64,000 bases of DNA from Escherichia phage vB_EcoM_Schickermooser. This document shows positions 29,384 through 39,295 of the stretch, one piece after another. Each line of letters opens with the position of its first letter. Position 1 is the first letter of the stretch. The position numbers and the translations under genes are program-made. Below the pieces are notes generated by a model. That model did not search any database and was not told the DNA's origin. It saw nothing but the letters and a program-made list of their open reading frames with translations. The stretch is taken from the sequence record NC_048196.1. The stretch is one strand, 5' to 3'.

Positions 29384-30211
29384 TTACAGAATGTGTTGTT
29401 TTGTGTAACGATCCAAGAATTCAAAGTTTTCAGCATACTTTGCAATTCGATTGTAGCCTTCAGCTAAACAGCCGAAGAAAAGTTGTTCCACATAGTAGTG
29501 TGGCAATTGGCTAAGAATGATTTTGAAGTCTTCATGATTTTGGCCCATAAGATACTTAATAGGACGAACAAGGCACTGTGCATCACGTTCTTCATTAATC
29601 ATTTTAACAAACGCTTCTGGTGTATTAATGTAGTTAAAATTCAGTTTAGCTTCAGTATCTGCTTGATTACCTTCGTATTTTGCAAAATACAAGAAGTAAA
29701 CATCATTTTTAACTTGATTTTCATCAAGAATCTCAATCAGTTTGTCTTCATGCGTTCCGGTGATATTTACATCATCAATGAACACCAACTTCTTATCACC
29801 CCAGAATTCTTTGTTGCAGTAGAATGTATCCCCATCAATAAGTTTCTTACGACTAGCTTTATCCAAGAAGCCATAATCGTTAATATAACTAACTTTACGA
29901 TGAATAATATCCAGTTCTGCTGAACGACCTTGATCATATTGTGCTTGCAACATATTAAAGTAATTAATAAAATGATCTGTCATCATTGTTGCAGCATTAT
30001 GCACATGGTTATAAGGAGAAGGAATGATAACAAATTGTTCCCCAATATGTTTCATTGCCACTTGAGCAAAAAACTGAAGTGCCAATTCTTTACCCATACG
30101 ACGCGCAGCTTGGTTACTGCCAAATTTCAATTTTGAATAATCTTTGATATCAAAAGTAGCAGTTTCCAGGTCATCAAATTTATTTGCAAAAATTTGAGTT
30201 TGATTACGCAT
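29384..30211 (-). CDS. phosphoribosyltransferase (PRTase)-domain protein (275 aa)
   Basis: PRPP-binding-type motif KKLVFIDDVNITGTHEDK. Confidence 0.55.
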   Translation of the reverse strand: MRNQTQIFANKFDDLETATFDIKDYSKLKFGSNQAARRMGKELALQFFAQVAMKHIGEQFVIIPSPYNHVHNAATMMTDHFINYFNMLQAQYDQGRSAELDIIHRKVSYINDYGFLDKASRKKLIDGDTFYCNKEFWGDKKLVFIDDVNITGTHEDKLIEILDENQVKNDVYFLYFAKYEGNQADTEAKLNFNYINTPEAFVKMINEERDAQCLVRPIKYLMGQNHEDFKIILSQLPHYYVEQLFFGCLAEGYNRIAKYAENFEFLDRYTKQHIL

Positions 30212-30881
30212 TTACAATTTCTCCTCTTTTAAGTTTCTCTAGTAAGTCGTTAGGGTTCTTAATATGACAGAAGTTAATCCCTATGTCAACACATTTTCCA
30301 TCAAATTCTTCGCTGTCCCCAACATGTAAAATCTCTTCAGCCTTCAAAGGAATGCTTGAATATGTGGCGGTCCTAACAAAGAATCTAGGATCTGGTTTAC
30401 ACAACAGATGTTCGTCTGAAAAATGCATAAATTCAAAACAATTCCAACTGTCAAACATACAAGCACGACGCAAAATATCCCCAGATATGAAATTAGTATT
30501 GCTTTTAATACTAAGATCATATTTACCAGACAAGTATAGCAAACAAACTGGCAAATCTAAAGCAATATGTGGAGGAAATTTAAGAAACCATTGTTCACAC
30601 TCAAAACGCATTTGTGCAGATTCTACAGGGGTTAAACCTATCTTTCTTCCCAACATGTTCCATGCATATGCTACGCCTTCTGCACACCCATTTAGTGCAG
30701 CATTATCCATAATTTCTTTGGCATCTTTATATGCTTCTTTTGCGGCACGTTCAGACATTCTACCATATGTGGCAATAGTGTGCGTACGTGCATCTGCATA
30801 GTTTTGATTGGCAGAAATAAGAGTATTCCATACATCAAAAGAGATATGTTTTATTGTCATATTAGGCCCACCATGCATCAA
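30204..30881 (-). CDS. HAD-superfamily hydrolase-like protein (225 aa)
   Basis: Motif I-like ISFDVWNTL near N-terminus and C-terminal HVGDSEEFDGK; overlaps PRTase gene start by 8 nt. Confidence 0.45.
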   Translation of the reverse strand: MMHGGPNMTIKHISFDVWNTLISANQNYADARTHTIATYGRMSERAAKEAYKDAKEIMDNAALNGCAEGVAYAWNMLGRKIGLTPVESAQMRFECEQWFLKFPPHIALDLPVCLLYLSGKYDLSIKSNTNFISGDILRRACMFDSWNCFEFMHFSDEHLLCKPDPRFFVRTATYSSIPLKAEEILHVGDSEEFDGKCVDIGINFCHIKNPNDLLEKLKRGEIVNA

Positions 30882-31467
30882 GATTTAAGTTACTGTCTAC
30901 CACAACTTGCTCTATGTGGTAGCCTTTTATCTGTATCCCACTGTTCAAGAGCATACCATATGCCTCATTGAAACGCAACTTATCTTCTGCGGAATATAAG
31001 CGAGCATTGTAAAATCGGTAATCAAGTTCTTCAGCATTAGAAGAAATACGGAAGAAGTTTGTTTCTACTTCAGGATCACTTGCTGAAGTTTTAATGTGAA
31101 CTTCTCCGTAATTTTCTTTGCTTAGATCCATGAAAAGAACACAGGCAACATGTTTGAACATTCGTTCTAGTTTGTAACGAACAACATTGAAACCTGCATT
31201 CTCAAGTTTTTCTACACATTGCAACATTAACGTAGTGTCGAGATCGCTTTGATACTTTGTTAACATACGATCACGTTGAGACTTTGTATCCCGATGTAAA
31301 TCAATTGTTGTGCATTTGGCACCAATGATCTTAGCTGCTTTCATCAACTCTTCAGAACTAACGTTAGATAAAGTAAGATGAAAATGGGCTTTCCACACTT
31401 TTTGAGTAGGGACACCAAAAGATTTATCCCCACTATTCGGCATGTTAACTACTACACTATGTTGCAT
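30862..31467 (-). CDS. hypothetical protein (201 aa)
   Basis: ORF overlapping the HAD-like gene; no motif recognised. Confidence 0.5.
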   Translation of the reverse strand: MQHSVVVNMPNSGDKSFGVPTQKVWKAHFHLTLSNVSSEELMKAAKIIGAKCTTIDLHRDTKSQRDRMLTKYQSDLDTTLMLQCVEKLENAGFNVVRYKLERMFKHVACVLFMDLSKENYGEVHIKTSASDPEVETNFFRISSNAEELDYRFYNARLYSAEDKLRFNEAYGMLLNSGIQIKGYHIEQVVVDSNLNLDAWWA

Positions 31468-31482
31468 TACTTATCTCCTCAC

Positions 31483-31707
31483 TTAAAATGGAAGTCTTTG
31501 AAGTTCATCTCCTCCGATATCAAGTAATTTAGCAACATCTCGATCAGAAAGCAACTCTTTTCTTTGTAAAATATCCACAAGGGTTGCAAGAATCTCCTTA
31601 ACGTCTCGATCACTGTTCTTCAAAAGTTCTCCCGCTGTTCCTACCTTGTCTCCTACAGCAAAGTATGTAACCATACAACCTCCTACGCTAATCTGATTGC
31701 CAACCAC
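31483..31707 (-). CDS. hypothetical protein (74 aa)
   Basis: Small ORF overlapping nrdG 3' end. Confidence 0.4.
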   Translation of the reverse strand: MVGNQISVGGCMVTYFAVGDKVGTAGELLKNSDRDVKEILATLVDILQRKELLSDRDVAKLLDIGGDELQRLPF

Positions 31708-32158
31708 TCGCCGTTTTGGTCCATAATCTTTGATTATCTGATCCTCTGAAAGGTTTTGTGGTTGGATTGTTTATTTCATACTTTCCGTCTACAATAATGT
31801 CAACAAGATTTTTAATATACAAAGGCACTTCCTCAAAAGTATATCCTGTATACACCATTATATCTTTGCTTGACCCATAAACGTCTCTAACCTTTTCTAT
31901 AAGGTTTTTAACATTGTAAATATTCTGCGGATCTAATGGTTCTCCTCCTAAAATTGTTAAACCTTTTACAAACGGTCTTGACAAATCTTTTAAAACTTGT
32001 TCTACATTTTCGTTAGTGAACGGTTTCCCATAAGAATAAGACCAGGCTTTCTGGTTAAAACAGCCACGACAACCGTGGCTACAACCACTAACCCAGAGGG
32101 AGCACCTAACTCCCTCACCATTAATAAGATCTACAGGTTCATATCCTGCAAAATTCAA
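31688..32158 (-). CDS. nrdG: anaerobic ribonucleotide reductase activating protein (radical SAM; 156 aa)
   Basis: Radical-SAM cluster motif CSHGCRGC (CxxxCxxC) near N-terminus; immediately downstream of nrdD with 4-nt overlap. Confidence 0.8.
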   Translation of the reverse strand: MNFAGYEPVDLINGEGVRCSLWVSGCSHGCRGCFNQKAWSYSYGKPFTNENVEQVLKDLSRPFVKGLTILGGEPLDPQNIYNVKNLIEKVRDVYGSSKDIMVYTGYTFEEVPLYIKNLVDIIVDGKYEINNPTTKPFRGSDNQRLWTKTASGWQSD

Positions 32159-33969
32159 AGATGTTTCTCCCTTTGCAAAACTTCCTGCATTTTACCTTTG
32201 TTATAAGGCCGTGAATTAGGGGCAGAAAGATACCCTGATACACGTCTAACTACAGAAATAGTTTCTTCTTCATGGTTGCCACAATTAGGACACTCAAACC
32301 CTTTAGCCGTTGCCTTAAATTCTCCATGAAAACCACACTTAAAGCATTGATCCACGGGCTGATTAATACCAAAATAGTGAATATGTTCATAAGCGTAGTC
32401 TACTAAAGTCTCCAAAGCTTCTAAGTTATTCTTTAAGTTTGATGTTTCGACATAACTTATGTTACCACCATTGCTAATCTGTGCAAAACCTGCTTCATAA
32501 TCCCATTTTTCAAAAGGATTTGTTACCAACCATACAGGTTGATGAAAAGAATTAGTAAGATAGTCTCTTTCTACCAGACCTGGATATTTTTCATTTAAAG
32601 CTGTTGCAAATTTATAGCACAAGGATTCTGCTGGAGTTCCATAAAGACTAAATGCCAACTTAGATCGTTCTTTAAACACAGCACACACATCTTTCATATG
32701 TTGCAGAATGTTTTTACCTAGTTCCTTTTTATCTTTTTCCTCTGGATAAAGAATTTCCAAGGCTTCGGCAAGACCTACATAACCAATACTAATAGAAGCA
32801 TAACCACCTTCAAACAAAACACCAATTTCATCGTTGGCATTTAAACGCGCTAAAGCACCTTCCATGAAAAGAATAGGGTTTTCAGATGCTTTGGTATGTC
32901 TAATACGGTTTACACGTAGCATGTGAGCATCGTAGGCTATCTCCATATGTTTATTAAGAAGATCGGTGAAAGATTCTCCTTTACTTCTCGCTTCCGCAGC
33001 AATCAGAGGCAAGTTGATAGAAACTACTCCAAGGTTGAATCGTCCATCATATTTTTCTCCTTGTTCGGTGGCATAGTACGACAAAAAGGAACGACAACCC
33101 ATACTCGTAACGGTACCATCTGCTGATCCCGTAACTTCTTTGTTCAAAGGAACAGAAATAAAATCTGGATAAATACGATCAGCACAACATGCCAAAGCTT
33201 GTTGCTTAAGGTCGTAGTTAGGATCACTAGGTTTCATGTTAACACCTTCTTGTAAAAAGAAAATAACTTTAGGGAATACAGGCGTTACATGATCTTTGCC
33301 TAGACCGTTACTATGCACTTTAAGATAGTTAGCTGTGATCATTCTGCCAAAAACAGAGGTATCCAGACCCATACTGATTGTAATAAAAGGAGATTGTCCA
33401 TTAACACTCATTAAAGTGTTAACCTGATACAAGAGAGTTTGCATAGCGTCATATACATCTTGTTCGGTCATTTCTAGAGCTTCTTTCCTTGCATAACAAC
33501 CGTAGCGACGTTTGGTTATCTCCATGTTTTTAAGGAAACTGGCTTCAACATAAGGACTAAGACCTTTATCAATGTGAGCACACGTCTGACCTCCATACTG
33601 ACTGGAGGCAACAGCTTGGATGATTTGAGTTAGCACTGTAGTAGCTACTCCAATAGATTTTGGTTTTTCTATCTGTGCAGCACCGATCTTAAAACCATTC
33701 TCTAACATATCTTGATAATTAACAAGACAACAGTTTGTAAGAGGAGAGAGCAGATAATCCAAGTCGTGAATATGTCCAAAACCTTCTGTATGCCATTCTG
33801 ACAAGTTTTTTGGCAGTATCTGTGTCATTGCCATATGTTTGCTTAAAATCCCCGCCAAGAGATCCCTATGCGTGTTAACGAGGTGGGAAGGTTTGTTTGC
33901 ATTCTCTCTGGTGTATGTTTCTGAAGTGCGATCTAAAAAAGAAAAAACATCTTGGTACAAATCTTTCAT
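32155..33969 (-). CDS. nrdD: anaerobic ribonucleoside-triphosphate reductase (class III RNR; 604 aa)
   Basis: C-terminal Zn ribbon CFKCG...CPNCG and glycyl-radical motif RRVSGYL...NKGKMQEVLQREKHL; size matches NrdD. Confidence 0.9.
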   Translation of the reverse strand: MKDLYQDVFSFLDRTSETYTRENANKPSHLVNTHRDLLAGILSKHMAMTQILPKNLSEWHTEGFGHIHDLDYLLSPLTNCCLVNYQDMLENGFKIGAAQIEKPKSIGVATTVLTQIIQAVASSQYGGQTCAHIDKGLSPYVEASFLKNMEITKRRYGCYARKEALEMTEQDVYDAMQTLLYQVNTLMSVNGQSPFITISMGLDTSVFGRMITANYLKVHSNGLGKDHVTPVFPKVIFFLQEGVNMKPSDPNYDLKQQALACCADRIYPDFISVPLNKEVTGSADGTVTSMGCRSFLSYYATEQGEKYDGRFNLGVVSINLPLIAAEARSKGESFTDLLNKHMEIAYDAHMLRVNRIRHTKASENPILFMEGALARLNANDEIGVLFEGGYASISIGYVGLAEALEILYPEEKDKKELGKNILQHMKDVCAVFKERSKLAFSLYGTPAESLCYKFATALNEKYPGLVERDYLTNSFHQPVWLVTNPFEKWDYEAGFAQISNGGNISYVETSNLKNNLEALETLVDYAYEHIHYFGINQPVDQCFKCGFHGEFKATAKGFECPNCGNHEEETISVVRRVSGYLSAPNSRPYNKGKMQEVLQREKHL

Positions 33970-34040
33970 TATTAATCCTTATTTTGTGAGTAGAACTATT
34001 ATTCTACCTCTTCCAACCGAAAAAAGCTTTGAGGGAAATC

Positions 34041-34066
34041 AAAAAAGGCGCAAAGTGCGCCTTTAA
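34041..34066 (-). terminator. rho-independent terminator (GGCGC-loop-GCGCC with T6 run on minus strand)
   Basis: Minus-strand reading AAAGGCGCACUUUGCGCCUUUUUU directly after stop of 34073..35488. Confidence 0.75.
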
Positions 34067-34072
34067 GTTTTA

Positions 34073-35488
34073 TCATTTGGAGAGGAATTGTCTTCCCATG
34101 ATCTTACCGTTCTTCACAGCGGTCCCATCGTGTCCATTGTAATCCCAGGTTCCATCGATATTACGCAAGAAGCTATCACGAACAGTATAGGCTTTACCGT
34201 TCTCTACTTTACTTTCTTCCACAATGATTGCCATAACAAGCTTATTTTCAATTTCGGTAGTAACCGATTCTTTGATACCCTCTGTAACTTCACGATCATA
34301 TTGGATATAAACTCGCTCCTCGGTTACTTGCACGTCTACCACATTTTTAAATGTGTAGGTCTGTTGCGTAGTGTAGAGGACACGAACGACACTCTTCTTA
34401 CCTACCGGAGGCTTCTTACGAGGCTTACGGTAACGTGGTTTAGGGTTGTTAGTTGGAAGCCAACCAACAATATCCCGATCATATCCAACATGACCCCAAG
34501 TGAAATGCGTAGCCGATCCACTATCCGTAGTTCCGTCACGAAAGAGAACTTCTACGTGACCACCACAAGGGCGGTGTCCACCATTATTATAGTTGTATTT
34601 TGCCGTGCGCGGGAGAATGAAGTATTCTTTAATCGCCCACTCTTCCAGATTGTCGATATTCCAAGTGAATACTGTTCCCTTAGCAACATCTGTTTGACCA
34701 TTGTTGAAGCGAACCTGCACGAAATCTTCTGAAGGCATAACACCTGTGTTCGGCAGATATTCAAATGCAGTATCTTCCGCTACAAACTGTTCTTCCTCTT
34801 GCTCCTCAATACTTGGCACAGGCGCAGCTTCATCGTATTTCGCAGCAAACATATTTTTAAATTCTTGAGCCGTGACTTCTACAAGGCCGCGATCACCAGT
34901 AGCAGCAGAGTGTGGGCGTGGTAAATCCCCAACTTCAATATGCATTGCATCTAAGCCTGCTTGACGATCAAAGAAGATAACCTTGCGGAATTGTTTATCT
35001 TTATATTGTGGCAGTTCATACATACTTGGATCGATTGTCTTCAAACGTTCAGCATCTTCTGGCTTCCAGAAGCTTTTACCTGTTGCAAATCTAAAGTCTA
35101 CCAGTAGTTTAACAACATCTCCTAATGATAAACTATCTGCATCTACGAAAACGTCTTCGATTCCCAATAACCCTGATTTCTTAAGAATCAGATCTAACAT
35201 GTAACCTCCTGTGGTTTGTTCTGCATCTGGATAACGATCAACACTGGTGCTGGTTACACCGTTTATTTCACCAGTGGAGGCATTGTAGGAAATATATGGG
35301 AAGGTCATATCGTTCATTGCAAAATCACCTGAACAGGTTGGATCATCTTCTCCCTCCCAGCCATACACCTTCACAATACCTTCACACAATTTGTCATACA
35401 CACCAGCGCGACGTGCTGCTTCAGCAACTTCCTGTTTACGGGCAAATTTATTAATCATGATTCCTCCTGTTAATTGCCATAGATGCAC
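34073..35488 (-). CDS. hypothetical protein (471 aa)
   Basis: Long ORF; no motif recognised; true start may be the internal Met (MINKF...). Confidence 0.55.
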   Translation of the reverse strand: MHLWQLTGGIMINKFARKQEVAEAARRAGVYDKLCEGIVKVYGWEGEDDPTCSGDFAMNDMTFPYISYNASTGEINGVTSTSVDRYPDAEQTTGGYMLDLILKKSGLLGIEDVFVDADSLSLGDVVKLLVDFRFATGKSFWKPEDAERLKTIDPSMYELPQYKDKQFRKVIFFDRQAGLDAMHIEVGDLPRPHSAATGDRGLVEVTAQEFKNMFAAKYDEAAPVPSIEEQEEEQFVAEDTAFEYLPNTGVMPSEDFVQVRFNNGQTDVAKGTVFTWNIDNLEEWAIKEYFILPRTAKYNYNNGGHRPCGGHVEVLFRDGTTDSGSATHFTWGHVGYDRDIVGWLPTNNPKPRYRKPRKKPPVGKKSVVRVLYTTQQTYTFKNVVDVQVTEERVYIQYDREVTEGIKESVTTEIENKLVMAIIVEESKVENGKAYTVRDSFLRNIDGTWDYNGHDGTAVKNGKIMGRQFLSK

Positions 35489-36005
35489 GAGGTTCGGCTA
35501 TGGCTGTTGCATAAATATATGGATGACCTTGTGGAGAAGTTCTCATCCCAAACGAACCTAATTCTAACCCATACATATCTTCCACGTCAAGACCAATATC
35601 TGTCTCTATGATTTGAGTTTGAACTTTGTAATACGTCCAAAAGAAATAGCGCATAGTTTCGGCATATTCTTTGACGGACGCTCCTGGATAAAACTCAATA
35701 ATTTCCAACTTTAAGAAAATGTTAAAATGAGCATCATCCAACTCTTCTTCTGTTCGGTAGCAAGGTGTTAGAGCCATATAAGGATGATCTGTTGAAAATT
35801 CAAACCCATCTTTCTCCATCTGAAGGAAAGACTGCTCTGCACTAGCTACGTAGAACTTACCATTAGGATGCCCCAAGGGGCGATCCTCTTTACCTTCTGG
35901 TAATGTATATGCAAGGATATCCGCATCTACAAGATAAGGGACTTCCAACATCTCCGCAAATCGCCCGTAGTAATCAATAGCTTGAGCAATAACAGCTACG
36001 TTCAT
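35451..36005 (-). CDS. hypothetical protein (184 aa)
   Basis: ORF in gene train. Confidence 0.5.
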   Translation of the reverse strand: MNVAVIAQAIDYYGRFAEMLEVPYLVDADILAYTLPEGKEDRPLGHPNGKFYVASAEQSFLQMEKDGFEFSTDHPYMALTPCYRTEEELDDAHFNIFLKLEIIEFYPGASVKEYAETMRYFFWTYYKVQTQIIETDIGLDVEDMYGLELGSFGMRTSPQGHPYIYATAIAEPRASMAINRRNHD

Positions 36006-36253
36006 GATCTTCCTCCTGTGCGGAAAGCGCGTTTAGTAATGTTGGACATAATGATTAAATCTTGTAAAGTCATATCTGGGAACTGTTGTTCTAAAACTCC
36101 CTCAACAGCACCTATAATATCTGATAATTCAACAAGTTGCATTATTTTGCAATCCTGTTCAACAGCATCAAAAAGTTCTTCTACTTCCTCTTTAATCTTT
36201 TCTATGCTGCCATAAGGTTGTTTCTTAATGTCTGTTATGTGATACCCCGCCAT
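36002..36253 (-). CDS. hypothetical protein (83 aa)
   Basis: Start overlaps helicase stop (coupling-type). Confidence 0.45.
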   Translation of the reverse strand: MAGYHITDIKKQPYGSIEKIKEEVEELFDAVEQDCKIMQLVELSDIIGAVEGVLEQQFPDMTLQDLIIMSNITKRAFRTGGRS

Positions 36254-37846
36254 TTAACGATCCTCTCTGATTTGATTAATCTTACGAGCAAGGGCAGCTA
36301 TAAGCTTATCTTCTTCGGATACAGGAGCCGTGCTCTTACCTAAACGATGCATGTCTAGAATCTCTTGAACAGTCCGGTTCCATTGTAGACATTTAATACA
36401 ACGTGTATGTGCAACATACAGAAGGTTTCGTTCTGATTCTTCAAGACCTACCCACTCACCCTTCTTATCATAATTAGAAGGGAAGTCATTTGCAACAATA
36501 ACCTGATCCCATTCCAAACCTTTTGATTTGTGGGCTGTAGTTAAAGTAACTTTAGCCGTTGGAGAGTTACGGTGCATACGTAAAGTGTATGCAATATTAT
36601 TAGCTTTACCAGAAACAACAATGTTTAAAAGTCGTTTTGCATCAGGATCTGATTCTGCACACTCTACAAATTCTTCCCAAGAAGTGTAAGGTAGAACTGT
36701 CTCATGCTTAACTTTGTCCAAATCACCTCTACGTAAAGCATTAACACTATCAACCATAGAAATGAAATCTTTGGTATCTACGTTAATAATAATCTCTTCT
36801 CCGTTAGCGATTCGGTCCATAGCTTCGAGCAACAGAGTCAAATTCTTACGGAAAATAATGGTGTAAGGTTTACTATAATCTACTACATCAGAATGAAAAC
36901 TTCCAGTGACAGTATCATAACCTTTGCCTACCAGCGGATGCTTCAGAGGTGAGCGATCAGAAAGGATCGCATTGGCAATGTCCGCAACTTTAGGACCAAA
37001 GCGAAAACAAGCTGTCAGAGGCAACTCAACCCCATATGTAGCCGTTTGCTTCATCATGTTCTGGCTTCCACGGAACTGATAAATACTCTGAAATTCATCA
37101 CCCACAACAACAATACGTTTAGCCGATTTAGCATTGCGAAGGATAGACAGGAATGCAGGGTTAACATCCTGGAATTCATCTCCAAAAATAATATCGTATC
37201 CTAAATCTTCTTTACTCAATTCAAAGAGTTTCACATAGGTGTCATGAGTCATAATGGTTTCTGATTTAGGATCAATACGCTCACGCCAAAGTTGCTTCGC
37301 ATATTTAACAACTTCATTAATAAGTTTTTGTTCGTTGATGTTCTTACGTTTAAGATCTGACATATGCACTTTAGGAAAATGTTTATGTCCAATATGTTCA
37401 TCGTCAGAAAACTCATATTTAGCTAAAGTTTGTTTTACCATTAGCCCGATCATTGCACGAGTCAGTAGCACTTTACCATTCTTATCAATCAAATTCTGAA
37501 TCTTGAATTTTTTGGCAATCTCACTACCAGTTCCAGCTACGTTAACATATTGACCTTCTGGACGAGACAATTTGTGTCGAAGGTTTTGTGGAAGACGTTG
37601 GTAACAGATTGAATGTAGCGTTCGGCACATAACGTTAGGCGGCATTTTACGTCGAGCTTCCTCTGCCATACTTTTGTTAAACGCCAAGTATAGAATACTA
37701 TCATTTGTGCCATTAGCCAACATATATAGTGTTGACGTTTTACCTGATCCAGATTTAGCTTGAATTGTAACGAAACGATTTTCTTTATACCCGCTTTCAA
37801 TAGCGTATTGTTCCTCGGTAGGTGTAAAACTCAATTGTGTAGACAC
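36254..37846 (-). CDS. UvrD/Rep-type superfamily 1 DNA helicase (530 aa)
   Basis: Walker A AKSGSGKTSTL; Walker B IIFGDEFQD; motif III VVVGDEFQSIYQFRGS; motif VI TAHKSKGLEWDQVIV. Confidence 0.8.
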   Translation of the reverse strand: MSTQLSFTPTEEQYAIESGYKENRFVTIQAKSGSGKTSTLYMLANGTNDSILYLAFNKSMAEEARRKMPPNVMCRTLHSICYQRLPQNLRHKLSRPEGQYVNVAGTGSEIAKKFKIQNLIDKNGKVLLTRAMIGLMVKQTLAKYEFSDDEHIGHKHFPKVHMSDLKRKNINEQKLINEVVKYAKQLWRERIDPKSETIMTHDTYVKLFELSKEDLGYDIIFGDEFQDVNPAFLSILRNAKSAKRIVVVGDEFQSIYQFRGSQNMMKQTATYGVELPLTACFRFGPKVADIANAILSDRSPLKHPLVGKGYDTVTGSFHSDVVDYSKPYTIIFRKNLTLLLEAMDRIANGEEIIINVDTKDFISMVDSVNALRRGDLDKVKHETVLPYTSWEEFVECAESDPDAKRLLNIVVSGKANNIAYTLRMHRNSPTAKVTLTTAHKSKGLEWDQVIVANDFPSNYDKKGEWVGLEESERNLLYVAHTRCIKCLQWNRTVQEILDMHRLGKSTAPVSEEDKLIAALARKINQIREDR

Positions 37847-37860
37847 GTATTTCTCCTCTC

Positions 37861-38376
37861 TTAATAAAAACTCTTGACAATCCTCATCATTTCCTTAGCT
37901 CTGCTGGCATAAGGTTCTTTTAGATTAGGTGGCAAATGTGCATTAATGTACCCCATTTGTTTTTCCCATGTCCACTTATCTTTAAATCTTGGCATGGTGT
38001 CTCCTGCTAAACTGTTTTCTTTTCGTGTTTGAATAATCCAATTACATGGAAAATGCACACCACCTTTACGGAAGGGAATATAATGTCCCAATGTGAATGC
38101 CTTATTGTTCTTTAAACGTCCAGCTAAATTAAGATTAACAATAAGACTACGAAACACGTAGTATTGATAAAGATTGTCAACAGTATATACAGAGTAGTAT
38201 GCTCTAAGTGCATTATCTCTACTAAGATTACCAACATCCAAACTGCACCAGTTTAAATTACTTGGATCGTAGTTGTGATTATCAATCCATTCTTCTCTTT
38301 CCTCAAATTCTGCATTAACAGCAGACTGCCCTGCTGTAGATACAAAAAGAGAATTTGCATCAAAGAACATACTCAC
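37861..38376 (-). CDS. hypothetical protein (171 aa)
   Basis: ORF in gene train. Confidence 0.5.
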   Translation of the reverse strand: MSMFFDANSLFVSTAGQSAVNAEFEEREEWIDNHNYDPSNLNWCSLDVGNLSRDNALRAYYSVYTVDNLYQYYVFRSLIVNLNLAGRLKNNKAFTLGHYIPFRKGGVHFPCNWIIQTRKENSLAGDTMPRFKDKWTWEKQMGYINAHLPPNLKEPYASRAKEMMRIVKSFY

Positions 38377-38383
38377 TCCCCCT

Positions 38384-38737
38384 TTAGTTTACATCGTTTA
38401 GAGCATTACCAATCTTTAAGATAATAACATCATTAAGAGCTTCTTCTCCATTAAGACCAGAGAAAGCAGGAGTAACGAAAGTTACCATATAATAATGGTC
38501 TTCTTGTAGGATTGCGATAACGCCGTCTAGTTTAACATCTCCTGTGAAACGAAAAACTTTCAACTTTTGTTCTAAAGGGAGATCTCCTTCAACATTTAAA
38601 ACCATATCTCCGACACCAAACTTTTCTGCCCCGATGTAGATGTAAGCTTGGTCCTCTTTTTTATGATAATACAGTGTTGCTTGTTTGTCTTGTAGTGTTG
38701 TGATACCAAACACATCTACATCAATAATATTTTTCAA
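38384..38737 (-). CDS. hypothetical protein (117 aa)
   Basis: ORF in gene train. Confidence 0.5.
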   Translation of the reverse strand: MKNIIDVDVFGITTLQDKQATLYYHKKEDQAYIYIGAEKFGVGDMVLNVEGDLPLEQKLKVFRFTGDVKLDGVIAILQEDHYYMVTFVTPAFSGLNGEEALNDVIILKIGNALNDVN

Positions 38738-38748
38738 AAATTCTCCTC

Positions 38749-39291
38749 TTATTTTGTGTTGACCTTATTTCGCATTAACCTGTGGGATACAGAGTTGCGA
38801 GATCTGTTTAGAACCTTACCAATCCCTGCATGACTATACCCTTCACTATTTAACTTTTCAAGAATCTGGTCTTCTTCCTCTGTCCAGTAGCGGCGTTTAG
38901 CTTGTCTATCATCCACACCATACATGATAGGTTGCTTTACATCCATCACTTTTAGCAATCTGACAGCCTCTTCCGCTTTCTCTTTTTTGAAACGGAGATA
39001 AGGGATTAAATTCTCAAGCAATCTTATCACACTTTCTCTGCTGCTAACATTGATATTATACATCAAATTATCATATTTTTCAGCCCAAGCTACGCGCGAT
39101 GTGAAAGAGACAGTATATCCATAACTTTCCAACTCTTTAGCCAAATCGGTCATTTCTTCTGCCGATCTCTCGTGTTGTGTAAGGTTTACTGTGTAGGAGT
39201 CTGAAGTCTCCCTGTTTCTGCTTATAATAGACCCATCACAATCTATGCAACCTGCGTAGTAAGCATAAAACAGTTGTTCTTTTATGTCCAC
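38749..39291 (-). CDS. LAGLIDADG-like motif protein with C-terminal helix-turn-helix (180 aa)
   Basis: N-terminal YAGCIDCDGSI resembles LAGLIDADG; C-terminal EEEDQILEKLNSEGYSHAGIGKVLNRSRNSVSHRL resembles a sigma-70 region 4 / HTH. Confidence 0.4.
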   Translation of the reverse strand: MDIKEQLFYAYYAGCIDCDGSIISRNRETSDSYTVNLTQHERSAEEMTDLAKELESYGYTVSFTSRVAWAEKYDNLMYNINVSSRESVIRLLENLIPYLRFKKEKAEEAVRLLKVMDVKQPIMYGVDDRQAKRRYWTEEEDQILEKLNSEGYSHAGIGKVLNRSRNSVSHRLMRNKVNTK

Positions 39292-39295
39292 AATA

